DNA of 64,000 nt, taken from Mustelus asterias. Lineage: Eukaryota. Made by a program: the position numbers and the translations under genes. Where the stretch lies: NCBI RefSeq assembly GCF_964213995.1, contig NC_135806.1, forward strand, positions 93,124,001-93,188,000. Direction: 5' to 3'. Each line of letters starts with the position of its first letter. The first letter of the stretch is position 1. Positions 42,286-54,602 of the stretch are shown one piece after another. The notes beneath the pieces are model-generated. The model was not told the origin of the DNA and searched no databases. It saw only the letters and a list, made by a program, of their open reading frames with translations.

Positions 42286-42675
42286 GGGGTGGCAGTAACG
42301 TAGTAGTATTGTCACTGGACTAGTAATTCAGAGACCCAGGGCAATGCTCTGGGGACCTGGGTTTGAATCCCACCCCAGCAGATGGTGAAATTTGAATTCA
42401 ATAAAATTCTGGAATTAAAATTCTAATGATGACCATGAAACAGTTGCCGATTGTCATAAAAACCCATCTGGTTAACTAATGTTCTTCAGGGAAGGAAATC
42501 TGCCGTCCTTACCCGGTCTGGCTTACATGTGACTTCAGACCCACAGCAATGTGGTTGACTCTTATCTGCCCTCTGAAAGTGGTCTAGCAAGTCATTCAGT
42601 TAAAGGGCAATTAGGAATGGGCAACAAATACTGGCCTAGCCAACAACATCCACGTCCCATGAACGAATAAAAAAA
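42286..42675 (+). mobile_element. Full-length tRNA-derived SINE of a second family
   Basis: A and B boxes (tggcagtaacgtagt, gggtttgaatccc), central agggaaggaaatctgccgtccttacc..cagacccacagcaatgtggttgactctt, tail cccatgaacgaataaaaaaa. Confidence 0.85.
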
Positions 42676-45600
42676 TGTAATTGTTTCAGATAAAGCAACA
42701 TAATAGTAGAATTGCTTGTAATAACGCATCACTTTTTAAAACTTCTACTATGTATTATTGTAAAAAAAAAATTATAAAAGGCATAAGGCAACAGAAAAAT
42801 AATGAGGAAAACAGAAACATAGATTATCGCTGTGGGTCTCCTTACCATCTAAAAGACAATGATGGATTAGAAATCTTTTACTTATATATATGAAGTAGAT
42901 AGGCCAAAAACAGATAGGTCATTCAAGGGATAGATTTGTAGAAACATGATAGGGAATTAGGAAATAACAGATGTGCTAAATTAATTCTTCACATTAATCT
43001 GTAGGAATGAAGACTGGAAAATTCCAAACCCAGTCAAAATGGCTTGGGAATCTACAACAAATGCAGAATTCAATAAAGCATATGTTACGACGAAGTTCAA
43101 AGCATCAAAGGTTGATAGGGCAACTGAATTTCAGAAGCCTCAAGGAAAAGAGAGAGGAAATAAGCTCGATTCTGCAGCTAATATTTTCAGGAGCTCTAGA
43201 AATATTGTGAACCCTCCTAACTCTGAAACATGTTTACACAATCCAGATTTTAAAGTAAAGGATAGGACAGGAACCAGGGGATTACCATAGCTAGCTTTAA
43301 CATGGTCAGAAGATTAAATTGTGCCATTCTACATTACAGGGTGAAATTAATGTTTGTCTACACAGGATTGTGTATTAAGTTTGGCAAACATCAAAAACAA
43401 AGCACACTGGCAACATGTTGCTGCTTGTTCAAAAAACCAAAGTTTCCTATTCCCTGCTTCAACCTTGTGTTTCCACTTTCAGCAGCAGCAGGCATATAAC
43501 AGGCAGCAAGCAGCACATGCAGACTGAGGGAGTTTCACTTCAACAAAGATCAATGACTCTATGGAAAGAAAGCACTGGAGAATCTGGACATGATGGAAAT
43601 AAAGGGTGTTCAGGCTCAGAAAGTTAGGGGGCTCCCTGAAGGTCATGGGTAATACCATTCTTTGTTTTTAATGCTTTCTCTCTGTACTCAGTGTCTTGCA
43701 CATAGACCTTCACCTCGGTACTCCAGCAGAATAGAACAAAATACCTTACCTCATAAGCTCTGTTTCAAGGCCTGACTTACTGCCAACATCGAAACATATC
43801 TTCTTCTTGTGTGCTTTTTGAAGTGGGCAAGAGTCAGATGGAGCAGAGTTTAATATCTCACTTGATCTCAATCCCACAGCTCCCTAATTCATCAACTCCT
43901 ACAGAAACTTCAGCAGTCAGTTAATTGAGTGGCAGCAGAGAGAATCTCGTGAATCACTGAACTTTATTAAGGTGAAGCAAGGGTAAGTGGTTGTGGAGGA
44001 AGTGCAACCTGCTGTCTGGAAGATCACCTTCAACTATTGAGCCAATCCTTCAACTATTGAGCCAATGTATTGAGACATCACCCAGTCTGCCGACAAATAC
44101 TGTTTCAGATTTCATCACTAGGAAACATTTGGTGTGAGAGGTAGACTGCAAAGTTTTGAGCCCCTTTGGAGTGAAGGGATAGAGGGGCACAGATTTAAAG
44201 GTGAAGCACAATTCCTGAAATCACAAATCTTAGAGGGAGAAGTTCATAGACTTGAGAAAAAAATGCTTGTTGGGTTCTTTTTTTATTCATTCATGGGATG
44301 TGGGAGTTGCTGGCATTTATTGCCCATCCCTAATTACTTTTGAGAAGGTGGTGATGAGCATAGGTACACCCATAGCAATGCTGAGGAATGGCGATATATT
44401 TCGAGGTCAGGATGGTGGGTGGCTTGGTGGGGAACTTTCTGGTGGTGATATTCCCATGTGTCTGCTACCCTTATCCTATTAGATGGTAGTGATTGCATTT
44501 GGAAGGTGCTGTCTAACGAACCTTGGTGAGTTCCTGCAGTGCATTTTGTGGATTGTACACATTGCTATTACTGTGCTTTGATGGTAGAAGGATTAAAAGT
44601 TTGTGGATGCGATGACAAATAGACTGCTTTATCCTGGATGATGTCAAGCTTCCTGAGTGTTGTAGAAGTTGCACCTATCCAAGTATCTTGAGGAGTTTTA
44701 GGACATTAAAGCAAACAGGCAATGGTAAATCTATGCAAATCATTAGTTAGGTAGAAGTTATGAGATGGTTTTAATGACCTGATATTAGGATAGGATGACA
44801 GGTTTTAGTTATAAGGACAGACAGGAGAAACTGACGTTGATTTCATTAAGGTTGAGAGACAATCTGATAACAGTTTAAAATTATGAGGCGGTTTTAGAAA
44901 AATAAATCAGCAAGATCTGTTTCCACTGGTTGGTGAGTCAGAAACAAGATGCCATAAATTTCAGATCATGGCCAAAAGAATGGAGGACGGGCTAGGAGAA
45001 TCTCATTGAAATGAACTTTACTGAAATTCTTTAACTCGGTCATGCCATTCACATTCCACTGCTGGGATATTCAACCAGTGACACAGGGCAGGCATGATGA
45101 TGTGTCAAATCGGTCAAAAGAAGGATTTCTAGTTCAGGATCAGAATGGTTGAACTCCACATTGATTTCTGAGGAAGAAACAGGAAGTGCTATAAATATAT
45201 AAATGGGTAGAAAGCTGTGCCCTCCCTCCTCTGCAGTGATTTTGGTAACAGGGGCTTATAATCGGGCAGGAGGGTGATGGATGGAAGCACTGCCACCTTC
45301 CTGCCTACACCCCAGTTAAGTCAGTGGCCAGAAGGCCCTTGGACAGTCTTCCGCTGCCACTCAAAATCTTTAAATTCCACTTAGGAGCCTCATCCTGATC
45401 CAAGGCCTTGGGGATGTCATACTGGCAGCAGCCACTTCCTCCCTGATGGCATAGCTAACTACTGAAGAACTGCCAATCTCTGATTGGCTGGCAGCATTCA
45501 GCAGGCAGGACTTTTGCCCATGAGATCCTTGATCCCGTTGGTTTGCTAAGTGCCTGAATGGTACAAGATGCAGTGGGGATCTTTCAGGCTCGCCATAGCC

Positions 45601-46070
45601 AGTCCTTGAGACCTCCCCGATTGCCACCACAAGATTCTGCTCAATGTTTCAGTTTGATGACCTTTCATCAGAACCCATTTCTGATGAGGCATCATTGATC
45701 TGAAATCGCAAATCTAAAGGAGACCTGGGATGAAAGATTAGATCTCAAACATTAAACTGCAAAAGAGATCTTCCCACTCCTTGCCTAACATCAGCCTACA
45801 CAACTAAAGTTACTTTGAACGTGGTGTGGGCCTCGCCACACTGTGGTAAATTATCAACTGGTGGGATGAGACCTTCAAGTGGACATTAATTGGCCACTGA
45901 AGTGTCTCAATAGTTCCAAGGATCGGCAGCTTACCCTCGCCTCCCACATAAAATTTCAGATAAGTCGGGGTAGGTGGGGAGAGGCTCACCCGTTAGGTTT
46001 TACTTTCCCCCTCACCTTGACACCCACCAGTGGGAGAGCATAAAACCCAGCCCTACCAAAAGTGTTTCCA

Positions 46071-46249
46071 GTCTTACAACACCAGGTTAAAGTCCAACAG
46101 GTTTATTTGGAATCATGAGCTTTCGGAGCACTGCTCCTTCATCACTCCAAAAGCTCATGATTCCAAATAAATAAATGTTGGATTTTAACCTGGTGTTGTG
46201 AGACTTCTTACTGTGCACAACCCAGACCAACACCAGCATCTCCACATTA
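46071..46249 (+). mobile_element. Short fold-back PLE terminal-repeat insertion, same family as 20094..20640
   Basis: ~55-bp inverted arms, tail ccagaccaacaccagcatctccacat, and tgtttcca direct repeats at 46063..46070 and 46253..46260. Confidence 0.75.
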
Positions 46250-47947
46250 TAATGTTTCCATCAGATGATGCAGGCTGGGAATCAAGAGCTAGGACAATGG
46301 TCAACCTTCCCCTCAGTAACTCAGAATAATGAGGCCAAATTAGATCAGCTATCTCAGCAGAGACCAGGGATTGAACTTTCCTTTGCTTGTGTAGTTCAAA
46401 TACTAAAGAAACTCACTAAGCTGTCAAAAAACCCTCCAGAATATCCATTCCTGCATTCTTAAAATGTTAGTGTTGTTTTGAAAGCAGTGATGTATAGAGT
46501 GTAAGCTGTTCTCCATCATTGATGCCTCAATGGGATAAATTTCTCCTTTCAAAGCAGAGATGTTAGAAAGAAATCCAATTGTTCAGTTCTTCTCTGCATG
46601 GATAATTTTAAACCAAGAACTCACTCAGCACTTGAGTGCAAAGTTCTAACTGGCTTGTTGAGCTTTGGGCTTGTGATCGCTTGCTGGTGGAAAAGTGTAC
46701 AATGCTAGTGAGCTAAATTGGTTAAAAATAATACCATTCCATTACCTTTGTGTCACTACCAGTTGACTTAATGAAATAGCAGATGGTACTAAGAAAATAC
46801 AATGACAGCAGCAAAAACTGTGGGCTCTGGGCTCCTGCTGACACCCCACTTTTCTGTTGATATAAACAGTGCATTGCTGGTGATGTAGGCTTTGGGACAA
46901 GAAAATCCACATAATAAAGCATGTTGAACTTTCAGATTCAATGCTGGCAACCCCAGCATTTTCATGTGAAGCACAGCTCCCTATTGGCTGTTAAAGATCA
47001 CAATCATGTCATAGGTTCACACCCAACATCAGCTAACATGGACAAAATACTATAAAAATTTAATAAAAAAATATAAAATAAACCTTTGCACTCCCCCATC
47101 TCCACATACACACACTTTGTTTTTGAAGAAAATCCAGTTTTTGGGACAGGTTGAAATTAAGGTCAGGCACATTTTTGATGTAAGGCATAAGCCTTCAGAA
47201 ATGTCTATAAAATTTCATATTAAACAAGTTTTGTGCTTGGGAGCAAAAGTGTGTATTCTGGTTATAGGTATGCTTTATCCCTCAGTCTTGTCTATACAGT
47301 AATGTTTATGTCATGTTTGTATGCAATGCAGGGTAATCACCTTCAGTAGCTACAAATTTAAAAATTACTTCTTTAATACTAAGTTTATATTTGTCTTCCT
47401 TTCTTACATAATCAGATAGTGTGTAACACTTTCCACATAACCAAAACAATTGTAAAATAAATACAGCTGATTGAAGAAGCCTGTCTAAATAAGAAAGCTT
47501 CTCACATAGAAGTTTTAAGGTGAATCTTTGCTCATTTTTTGTCTCCATATTTCAGCACAGAGAGACATGAATGTTCAAGAAGGTATGTTTGTTTTAACTT
47601 TTGCATTATTGGCAATGTCAATGGACAATTTATCCCCAAAATACAACATTGACAGGATTCCAACCATATCTTGTGTCACCAGAGGTCATGAATAGGTTTA
47701 TGTAGCAACTGCATTCACAGTTCCAAATTTACATTCCAAGTGCAATCGTTTAAACATTGTCCACTTTAACAGAATGTATCCTTCAGGTGTTTGAAAGTTT
47801 ATGTCAAGAAGGCTCTCGACATCCTAAAGCAAGTGACTTACTGGTATTAAGTCTTATTAATTTATTTGTCAAATTGCACTTTAAAATATTTTGCCAAAAT
47901 TTTATGCTAATTTGTATTTAAGAATTTATTGTCTTAAAATTAAGTCA

Positions 47948-49052
47948 GTGGGATTAAAGTCTCAAAATTCTGATTCCTAACCAAAATCTGCCGCCAACCT
48001 ATCAATTTCCAGCTTTAAGTGAGCTGTCGGCCGGGTTTCCAGAGTGCTCGGTAACGTGGCAGCTTCCTCGATGAATCCTTTTACATTTGCCTCCTGCGTC
48101 CATGTACCTGCCTGTGAAATTTCCATGACCAGGCTGCGGCACCCCATTCCCAAACCCACAGGGACTTTCCAATTCCACCTCGGTCCTATTCATACTTTTC
48201 ATTCCCTCCCAATCCTCAGAAACCAATCTAACCGCCCCCCACTTCCCCCCCCCCCCAGCCCCATCACTGGACCTCTGGATCCCAGCCTGAAGCCTCCAGT
48301 ATCCCCATCACCACAAAGCCTCAACCCACTTCCACCTTCAGATCCCAATTGTTCCCCATCAGCAGGCCTTCAAACCTACCCCTACCCCTCAAAACCTTCT
48401 AATCCACTTCCTGTCCTCCAATTTCCAACTGCAAGCCTTTGATTTCCCCCACCCCCCCTCCCCCCCGTCCAATACCTGGGGCAAACTGACCTCCATCTAC
48501 AGACCCCATTCACCCCAACTCCCCACCCCAAAAGATCTCCAAAATTCCCCTAGGGCTCTGATTATCCCCAAATCTCCACCCTAGGTCTCCAGTCCTCCAA
48601 CATGGGATTTCCAAATGTGATCAGCATCCCACCCAATTGAGTCCCCCTCATCCTCCCCTGATCAACTCCTCCATGCCCCCAAATGAACCCAGCCCTTCTC
48701 CTCTTTCAATTGACATCCCCTTCCACACATTCACCTTTCCAATCAATCTCCTAGTTTGAATACACCCAGCCATTTCACCCTGCTGATCAACCAACCTTCC
48801 CACTCTGGTCAGATCATCCCTTTGACCTCTTGTCCTCAGTGCAGACTGAACAGCTGCTGCAGCCATCAATGTCAGGCTCCCCAACCGACTGAAGGCCCAA
48901 CTGTCAATCAAGCTGCTCTCTGACTGTGGAACCGATCCGTGATGTCAGTGACATTCTTTGGGGTTAGAACCCCACAGTGTATGGTGAATTCAGAGGGTTC
49001 CCCACAAACTTTGGTCGCTGTGGTTCCGGTCAGTTCAGTAAAATGTCCACCC
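47948..49052. mobile_element. Probable non-autonomous DNA element with a C-rich interior
   Basis: The compositional block is bounded by gtgggattaaa and gtaaaatgtccaccc. There is no credible ORF. Confidence 0.35.
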
Positions 49053-49508
49053 TCAACCTTGAAAGAGCCCAGAATTCCATTTACTTCATTAACATCTTTG
49101 TGCTAACCTGTCATGCCACCTTCAAAGATTTGTGACTCGCTGTTCTTGCATCTCTTTAAATTTGACAGACATCTTGTTTGTTGCTGAGTTTCAAATCATC
49201 TGCACTTTCCTCCAGTTAAATACTTGGAGGACTGAAGGTTTCGTGCTTGGTCCTCGCTGCATTGTACCCTTGTTATTTGATTGCATCCCTCACCCCACCC
49301 ATTGTCTTAGGCTGAACCAGACTGCAATCTCATTCAGCCCAGATACTCTCCATCTCAAAAACTACAGACTTTACCAAGGTGCTGGAGGATTAGAGGGCTG
49401 CTAATATTGTATCATTGCAGGCCAGTCAGCCTAGACTTGGTGGGTAAAACATTCTGAGGCACAAATTAATCAAGGACAGTCAGCGTGATTTTTTAAAGAA
49501 ATGATCAT

Positions 49509-49644
49509 AGTCAAGATTCTCCAACCTCGTCCGCAGCTGGGATTTTCCAGTCCTGCTGCTGTGAACAGGTTTTTAGCTGAGGACTAAATTCTCTGTTCTT
49601 GCTGGCAGTGGTAGTGGGTCATATGACATTGGAGAATTCTGACC
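49509..49644. mobile_element. Harbinger-like MITE (136 bp, 3-bp TSD CAT)
   Basis: TIRs agtcaagattctccaa and ttggagaattctgacc, with cat at 49506..49508 and 49645..49647. It interrupts CR1 sequence. Confidence 0.7.
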
Positions 49645-49974
49645 CATGTCTGATTAATTTGATTGAAATTTGTGAGGAGGTAACCAGAAGGGTCAATGGT
49701 TTGTGTAGTCTACAGGGATTTTAACAAGGTTTTTGACCTATGTAGCAGGGTGGCCAGCAGAGTACAACCAGTCTGGGTTTTAAAGGAAAATAGAAGTTGA
49801 ATCCAAAATTAGCTGAGTGACAGGAAGCAAAGGATAATAGTTGATGGATATGTTTTTGTGACTGGAATGATCAGATGTTTTCAATGGAGTTCTGCAGGCT
49901 ACTAGGTCTCTTGATTTTCTTGGTACTTAAAAGTATGTGGAATGACTAAGAAATTTGCAAATGATTTAATTGGC

Positions 49975-50291
49975 CATGTGGCATGGTGGCACAGTGGTTA
50001 GCACTGCTGCCTCACAGAGCCAGGGACCTAGGTTCAATTCTGACCTTGGGTCACTGTCTGTGTGGAGTTTACACATTCTCCCCGTGTCTGCGTGAGTTTC
50101 CTCCAGGTGCTCCGGTTTCCTCCTGCTCTCATAGATGTGCAGGTTACGTTAAATTGCCCGTTAGTGTTAGGGGGATTAGCAGGGAAAATATGTGGGGTTA
50201 AGGGGATAAGGCCTGGGTGGGATTGTTGTCGGTGCAGGCTCGAGGGGCCAAATGGCCTCCTTCAGCACTGAAAGGATTTTATGAATCTATG
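49975..50291 (+). mobile_element. HE1-like V-SINE
   Basis: ggcatggtggcacagtggttagcactgctgcctcacag head, V-domain and tail. Confidence 0.88.
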
Positions 50292-52329
50292 GTTGGTAAG
50301 GAGGAACAAAGCTATAGACTGCAGTAAGATATCAATGGGTTTGTCAGGTGGGCAGAAACGTTACAAATGGAATGTAATGTGGTGAAGTGTGTGGTAATGT
50401 GTGAGGGTAAGCAAGGCTAGGGAATACACAATAAATGGGAGAATACTGAAAAATATAGAAAAATAGAAGGATCTTGGAATGCATGTCCACAAATCCCAGA
50501 AGGTAGCAGCCAGGGCAGATAGATAGCTGCTTCAGAAAGTGTACCCTTCCTGCATTAGCAGAAGCACAGAATATAGCAGCAAGGAGGTTATGCTGTTAAC
50601 CAAAGACTAGTTAGACCACAGCCAGAGTACTCTGTACAATTCTGCTCATCCCATTATAGAAAGGATATGAGCACACCAGAGAGGGTACAGAGAAGGTTTC
50701 TAAGGATGTTGCCAGGACTGTAATATTTTGGCAATGAGAAAAGGCTGTGGCTGTTTGCTTTGAAACAGGGAAAGCTGAGGGAAAATTTAATGGAATTGTG
50801 TAATATTATGAGGAACTGCAGTTGGAGTGAATAATAGGATCTATTTCCCTCAACATGGTGGTCAGTATCTGGTGCATGGTATAAAGTAATTGGTTGAAGG
50901 ATTAGAAGAGACTTAAAGATAAATTATTCACTTGGAGTGTAATGGGGTATGGATCACATTGCCTGAAAATATGATGGAAGCAAGAACCCTTATTGCATTT
51001 TTAAAAACACCTGTGGATGCACTTGAAGATCAACAGGGCTAAGACTAAGAGCTAGGAAATTATATTAGGCTGGATATATATTTTGCAACTAGTAGTGGGC
51101 CAAATGACTTCCTCCAAATGGCCTTTTTCTGTGTTGTTGCCATTCTATGATTCTATGCAGTAACTTTCCAGGTGGAATTTAATGTGGGACAGAGGTGATA
51201 ATTTCACCGCTGCCATTCTGAAGTCCCCGTCTCCTCAACCTGATTTGATGGCAATCAATCACTTAACGGATTGGTAAGTCTGCATTGGGGTGTGCATCGT
51301 GATCAGATAAGTTTGCCACTTCCACGACATGCCAGCCAGGGACCAGTGCTTCTCCAGTACCAACAGTGCCATAGGGAGCATTGGTCAATGTCAGTACTGC
51401 AGGAGACCCAGAATGCAGATCATTGTTGGAGCCTGGAGTGTAGGTAGATGAAGTGGGATGCTGGGCTACTCAGGAAAGTTTAGTTTACTGGTGTGTCATT
51501 GCCAATCTCATTTAAATTAGATACTCTCTCACTGACTCCAAGATCCCCAATGAACATGATTTTGGTATAACCATCAGGGCTGTGCTCTGCTGGTTTTGGG
51601 GGATATTGTTTTAATAGGAAATAAGTTGTTCTAATATCCTGTGTCAGCATTGATGCAATATTTGACTTCATAGGTACCTAAAGTTTAGGTTCCTGAAAGT
51701 AAAAGCTAAGGTTAAATCAAGTTAATAAATTGTCTTTAGGCAAGTATGGGCAATGGATCACGATCTTTGGCCTAGCTTCAAAATTTAACTCATTGTTTGC
51801 AACTTTCACCAGTACAGCCTCAGAGATTCAAGTTAAGTTGGCTTTTCTCTAACATCGAGTAGCAAGAATGTGAGAGGAAAATAAACATGGTTCAGGATTT
51901 TGGAAAGCAAAGTTGAAGATAGTGGTCGAGAAACTGAATTTGGGTGTTTTGTTAAGGGGGGGGTGGATTGGAGTCCTAAAGAAGGTAGGAGTGGTGCAAA
52001 AACTGGAGACAAAATTAATATTGTCAATATGAATGGAGATAAAAATTGGAATTTCTATGATCAGGAGTTGGAACAGGAGAGCCTCAAAGGTGTAAGTGGC
52101 AGGTTTCAATAATGAGATAATTGTAATAGGCACTGAAAAGGAAACAGGAAAGAAACTATAGAGAATGAGATTGGTCAAGAAGAGGGTTGGAAGTATTACA
52201 GACCAATAGTAATAATGGAAATCGTGGCAACAACAGAGGTTGAGAACCAGAGTATGCTCCAATGCAATTACATTTTCAATTCTGTTCATTCTAAATACTT
52301 CAGGATAATTATGGATAGTTTTATTTCAC

Positions 52330-53527
52330 TCAGACACAAAAACAGAAAATGCTGAAAAATCTCAGCAGGTCTGACAGCATCTGTGGAGAGAGAATAGAGC
52401 CATCATGACGAGTCTGGGTGACCCTTTGTTAGAGATAAGAGCAAAAAAAAATGAAAAGATATGAGGGTGGGGGTGCGGGGGGGTGGTGGGCTGTAATAGG
52501 ACAATGGGAATGTAAATGAGGATAAAGTAGGCTGAGAGGTGCGAAAGTGTCCATTAAGCGATCAGAATGTGTGAATGGCAGAACAGAGGTATAGATGGTT
52601 AAGGAAGTTGGTCTGAGGGTGGAGGAGGGAGGTTACAAGGGTGGGGGGGGGGGGGGGGTGAAGAGAGCAGGAATGGAGAAGTGGAAAATGGAAGTGAGAA
52701 AGAAGATAAAAATGGATGAATGAGATGAAAAGAAGAAACAAAATGAAATAAAATAAATGGAAATGGGTGAATGTGGAGGGGGAATTCAAGCTCTGAAGTT
52801 GTTGAACTCAATGTTCAGTCTGGAAAGTTGTAACGTGCCCAATCAGAAGATGAGGTGCTGTTCCTCCAGTTTGCATTCGATTTCACTAAAACATTGCAAA
52901 AAGCCAAGGACAGATATGTGGACAGGAGAGCAAGGTGGTGTGTTGAAGTGGCAAGTGACAAGAAGGTCTGGGTCTTGCTTGTGGATGGACCAAAGGTGTT
53001 CAGCAAAGTGGTCACCTAGTCTATGTTTGGCCTCTCTGATGGGGAGTAGACAGCATTGGGAGCAGTGAATGCAATAGACCAGGTTGAAGGAGGTGCACGT
53101 GAAAAGGGGTGTTTTGAACCTGGGATGGTGAGCAGAGAGGAGGTAAAGGGGCAGGTGTTGCACCTTCTACAATTGCATGGGAAGGTGCTGTGGGCAGGGG
53201 GTGAGGTGTGGTGTGTGATGGAGGAGTGGACCAGGGTGTCTCGGAGAGAACGGTCCCTGCAGAATGCTGACAGGGGAAGTGAGGGGAAGATGTGTTGAGT
53301 GCTGGCATCATGCTGGAGTTGATGGAAATGGCGGAGGATGATCCTTTGAATGCGGAGGCTGGTGTGGTGAAAAATGAGGACAAGGGGGACCCTATGCTGG
53401 TTCTGGGAGGGAGGAGAAAAGGTGAGAGCACTGACCCGGGGGATAGCATGGATGCGGTTGAGAGCCCTGTCAACCACAGTGGGTGGAAAACCATGATTGA
53501 GGAAGAAGGAAGACATATCGGCAGCAC
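52330..53527 (-). mobile_element. Penelope-like element 3' part (GIY-YIG endonuclease remnant and terminal repeat)
   Basis: MSSFFLNHGFPPTVVDRAL..RVPLVLIFH, CNCRRCNTCP and FTCTSFNLVYCIHCSQCCLLPIREAKHRLGDHFAEHL. The terminal repeat at 52330..52432 matches 27861..27950. Confidence 0.9.
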
Positions 53528-54289
53528 TATTTTGGATCGGAAATGTACTATGAATAAATATTACGCTTTATTTCTATTTCTCTGAACTTGTTTCAAAATA
53601 CTCAATTTCAAAAACAATGTAGCGGTTCTATGATTGAAAGAAAAATCCAACTACCTATTCAAAAAATACATGGAACACATTTACTAATGTCAAGGTTTGA
53701 TTCTGGACAATAATTGTGAAAATTCGAACCCCTCAGTCAGGATGTGAATTTTCTAGGTTGGTGTCCTGATGTACTTTTGAGACGTGGGTGGAAAGGCTTT
53801 AAAAACACTATTCATTCCGGACCAAGTGTAGGAGGTCTGAACCGCAGAATGAAATGGAGGTGATCCATGCTGTCTATGCTTTCATCCAGATCAGCAACAG
53901 CTTTATCAAAAATAAGACAGCTATTGAAACAGAAGTCTTTTATTATGGTGAAAGCAAAGGATTCAATGCTGGATTTAATCTTACTGGTAAATGAAAATTC
54001 ACTGCACATTTTTTGACTTAAAGTAACAGATCAGATCCAGTTATACTTCATATTTCTAGTAAACTCACCTCATTTCTTTCCTGCAGGCACAGAGGTTTAA
54101 TGTTGACTTTCATGATAATTATAATTAGGCAGTTTGAGATGTTCAACTCCCACTAAGCAGACACATACCTGTGCTTCAAAACACCGAAACAACTAAAGTA
54201 TTTGACTGCTGGGTCTGGCAAGGAATTTCTTTCACATGATTAAGTGGTTGTCAGTGAGTGTATATATCAAGTTGAAATGACGCTTGTCA

Positions 54290-54520
54290 GATAGCCTTAC
54301 AGCTAATTAACTCACCATATTACAAAGGTGAGCAAGCCAGGGGTAAGGACCCCTAGTGGGCTTTTTAGACTACTCGATGCCTGATTGGCAGATGTGTGCA
54401 AGAAGTCTTACTCGTCCACACTGCATCATTAGACTTCCACAGCACCTCAGTGCAAAAGCTAAAGTAATTCAGGCATGAGGGAACTGTGTGTGTCTGTAAT
54501 CTGGAGAAGACCGACACAAG
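54290..54520 (+). promoter_or_regulatory. LIX1: Probable LIX1 promoter and 5' UTR
   Basis: Unique sequence directly upstream of the ATG at 54521, with an inverted CCAAT box (ctgattggc, 54381..54389). Confidence 0.45.
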
Positions 54521-54602
54521 ATGGATAATGGAATGAAATCCCTGCAAGATATAGTCTGCTCACTGCTGCCTGACAAAAATCCAGCATTTGTCTTTAAAGA
54601 CT
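54521..54602 (+). CDS. LIX1: Limb expression 1 protein, coding exon 1 (MDNGMKSLQDIVCSLLPDKNPAFVFKD)
   Basis: Aligns by recall to the vertebrate LIX1 N-terminus ([27 protein letters not shown]). Kozak aagATGG, donor T|gtgagt, phase 1. Confidence 0.9.

Larger units (their letters stand above)
49366..51155 (+). mobile_element. Old CR1 LINE with nested MITE and SINE
   Basis: Decayed EDWRAANIV, KFAND, LVRPQPEYSVQFC and RVQRRFLRMLPGL, ending in a ttctatgattctatg tail. Confidence 0.8.

Noticed and set aside
43490-43655. TATA-like catataa plus a GG|gtaata donor as a coding first exon of LIX1
   Set aside because: The open frame ends in phase 2 and would be out of frame with both the 47556 microexon and exon 2. 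It has several upstream ATGs and no homology.
48044-48660. Proline-rich ORF and C-rich tract (similar G-rich tracts at 40440..40690 and 58300..58470)
   Set aside because: These are low-complexity interiors of non-autonomous elements, and the ORFs arise from base composition.
52440-52790. G-runs as functional G-quadruplex regulators
   Set aside because: They belong to the low-complexity 3' UTR of the Penelope-like element, with no independent evidence of function.
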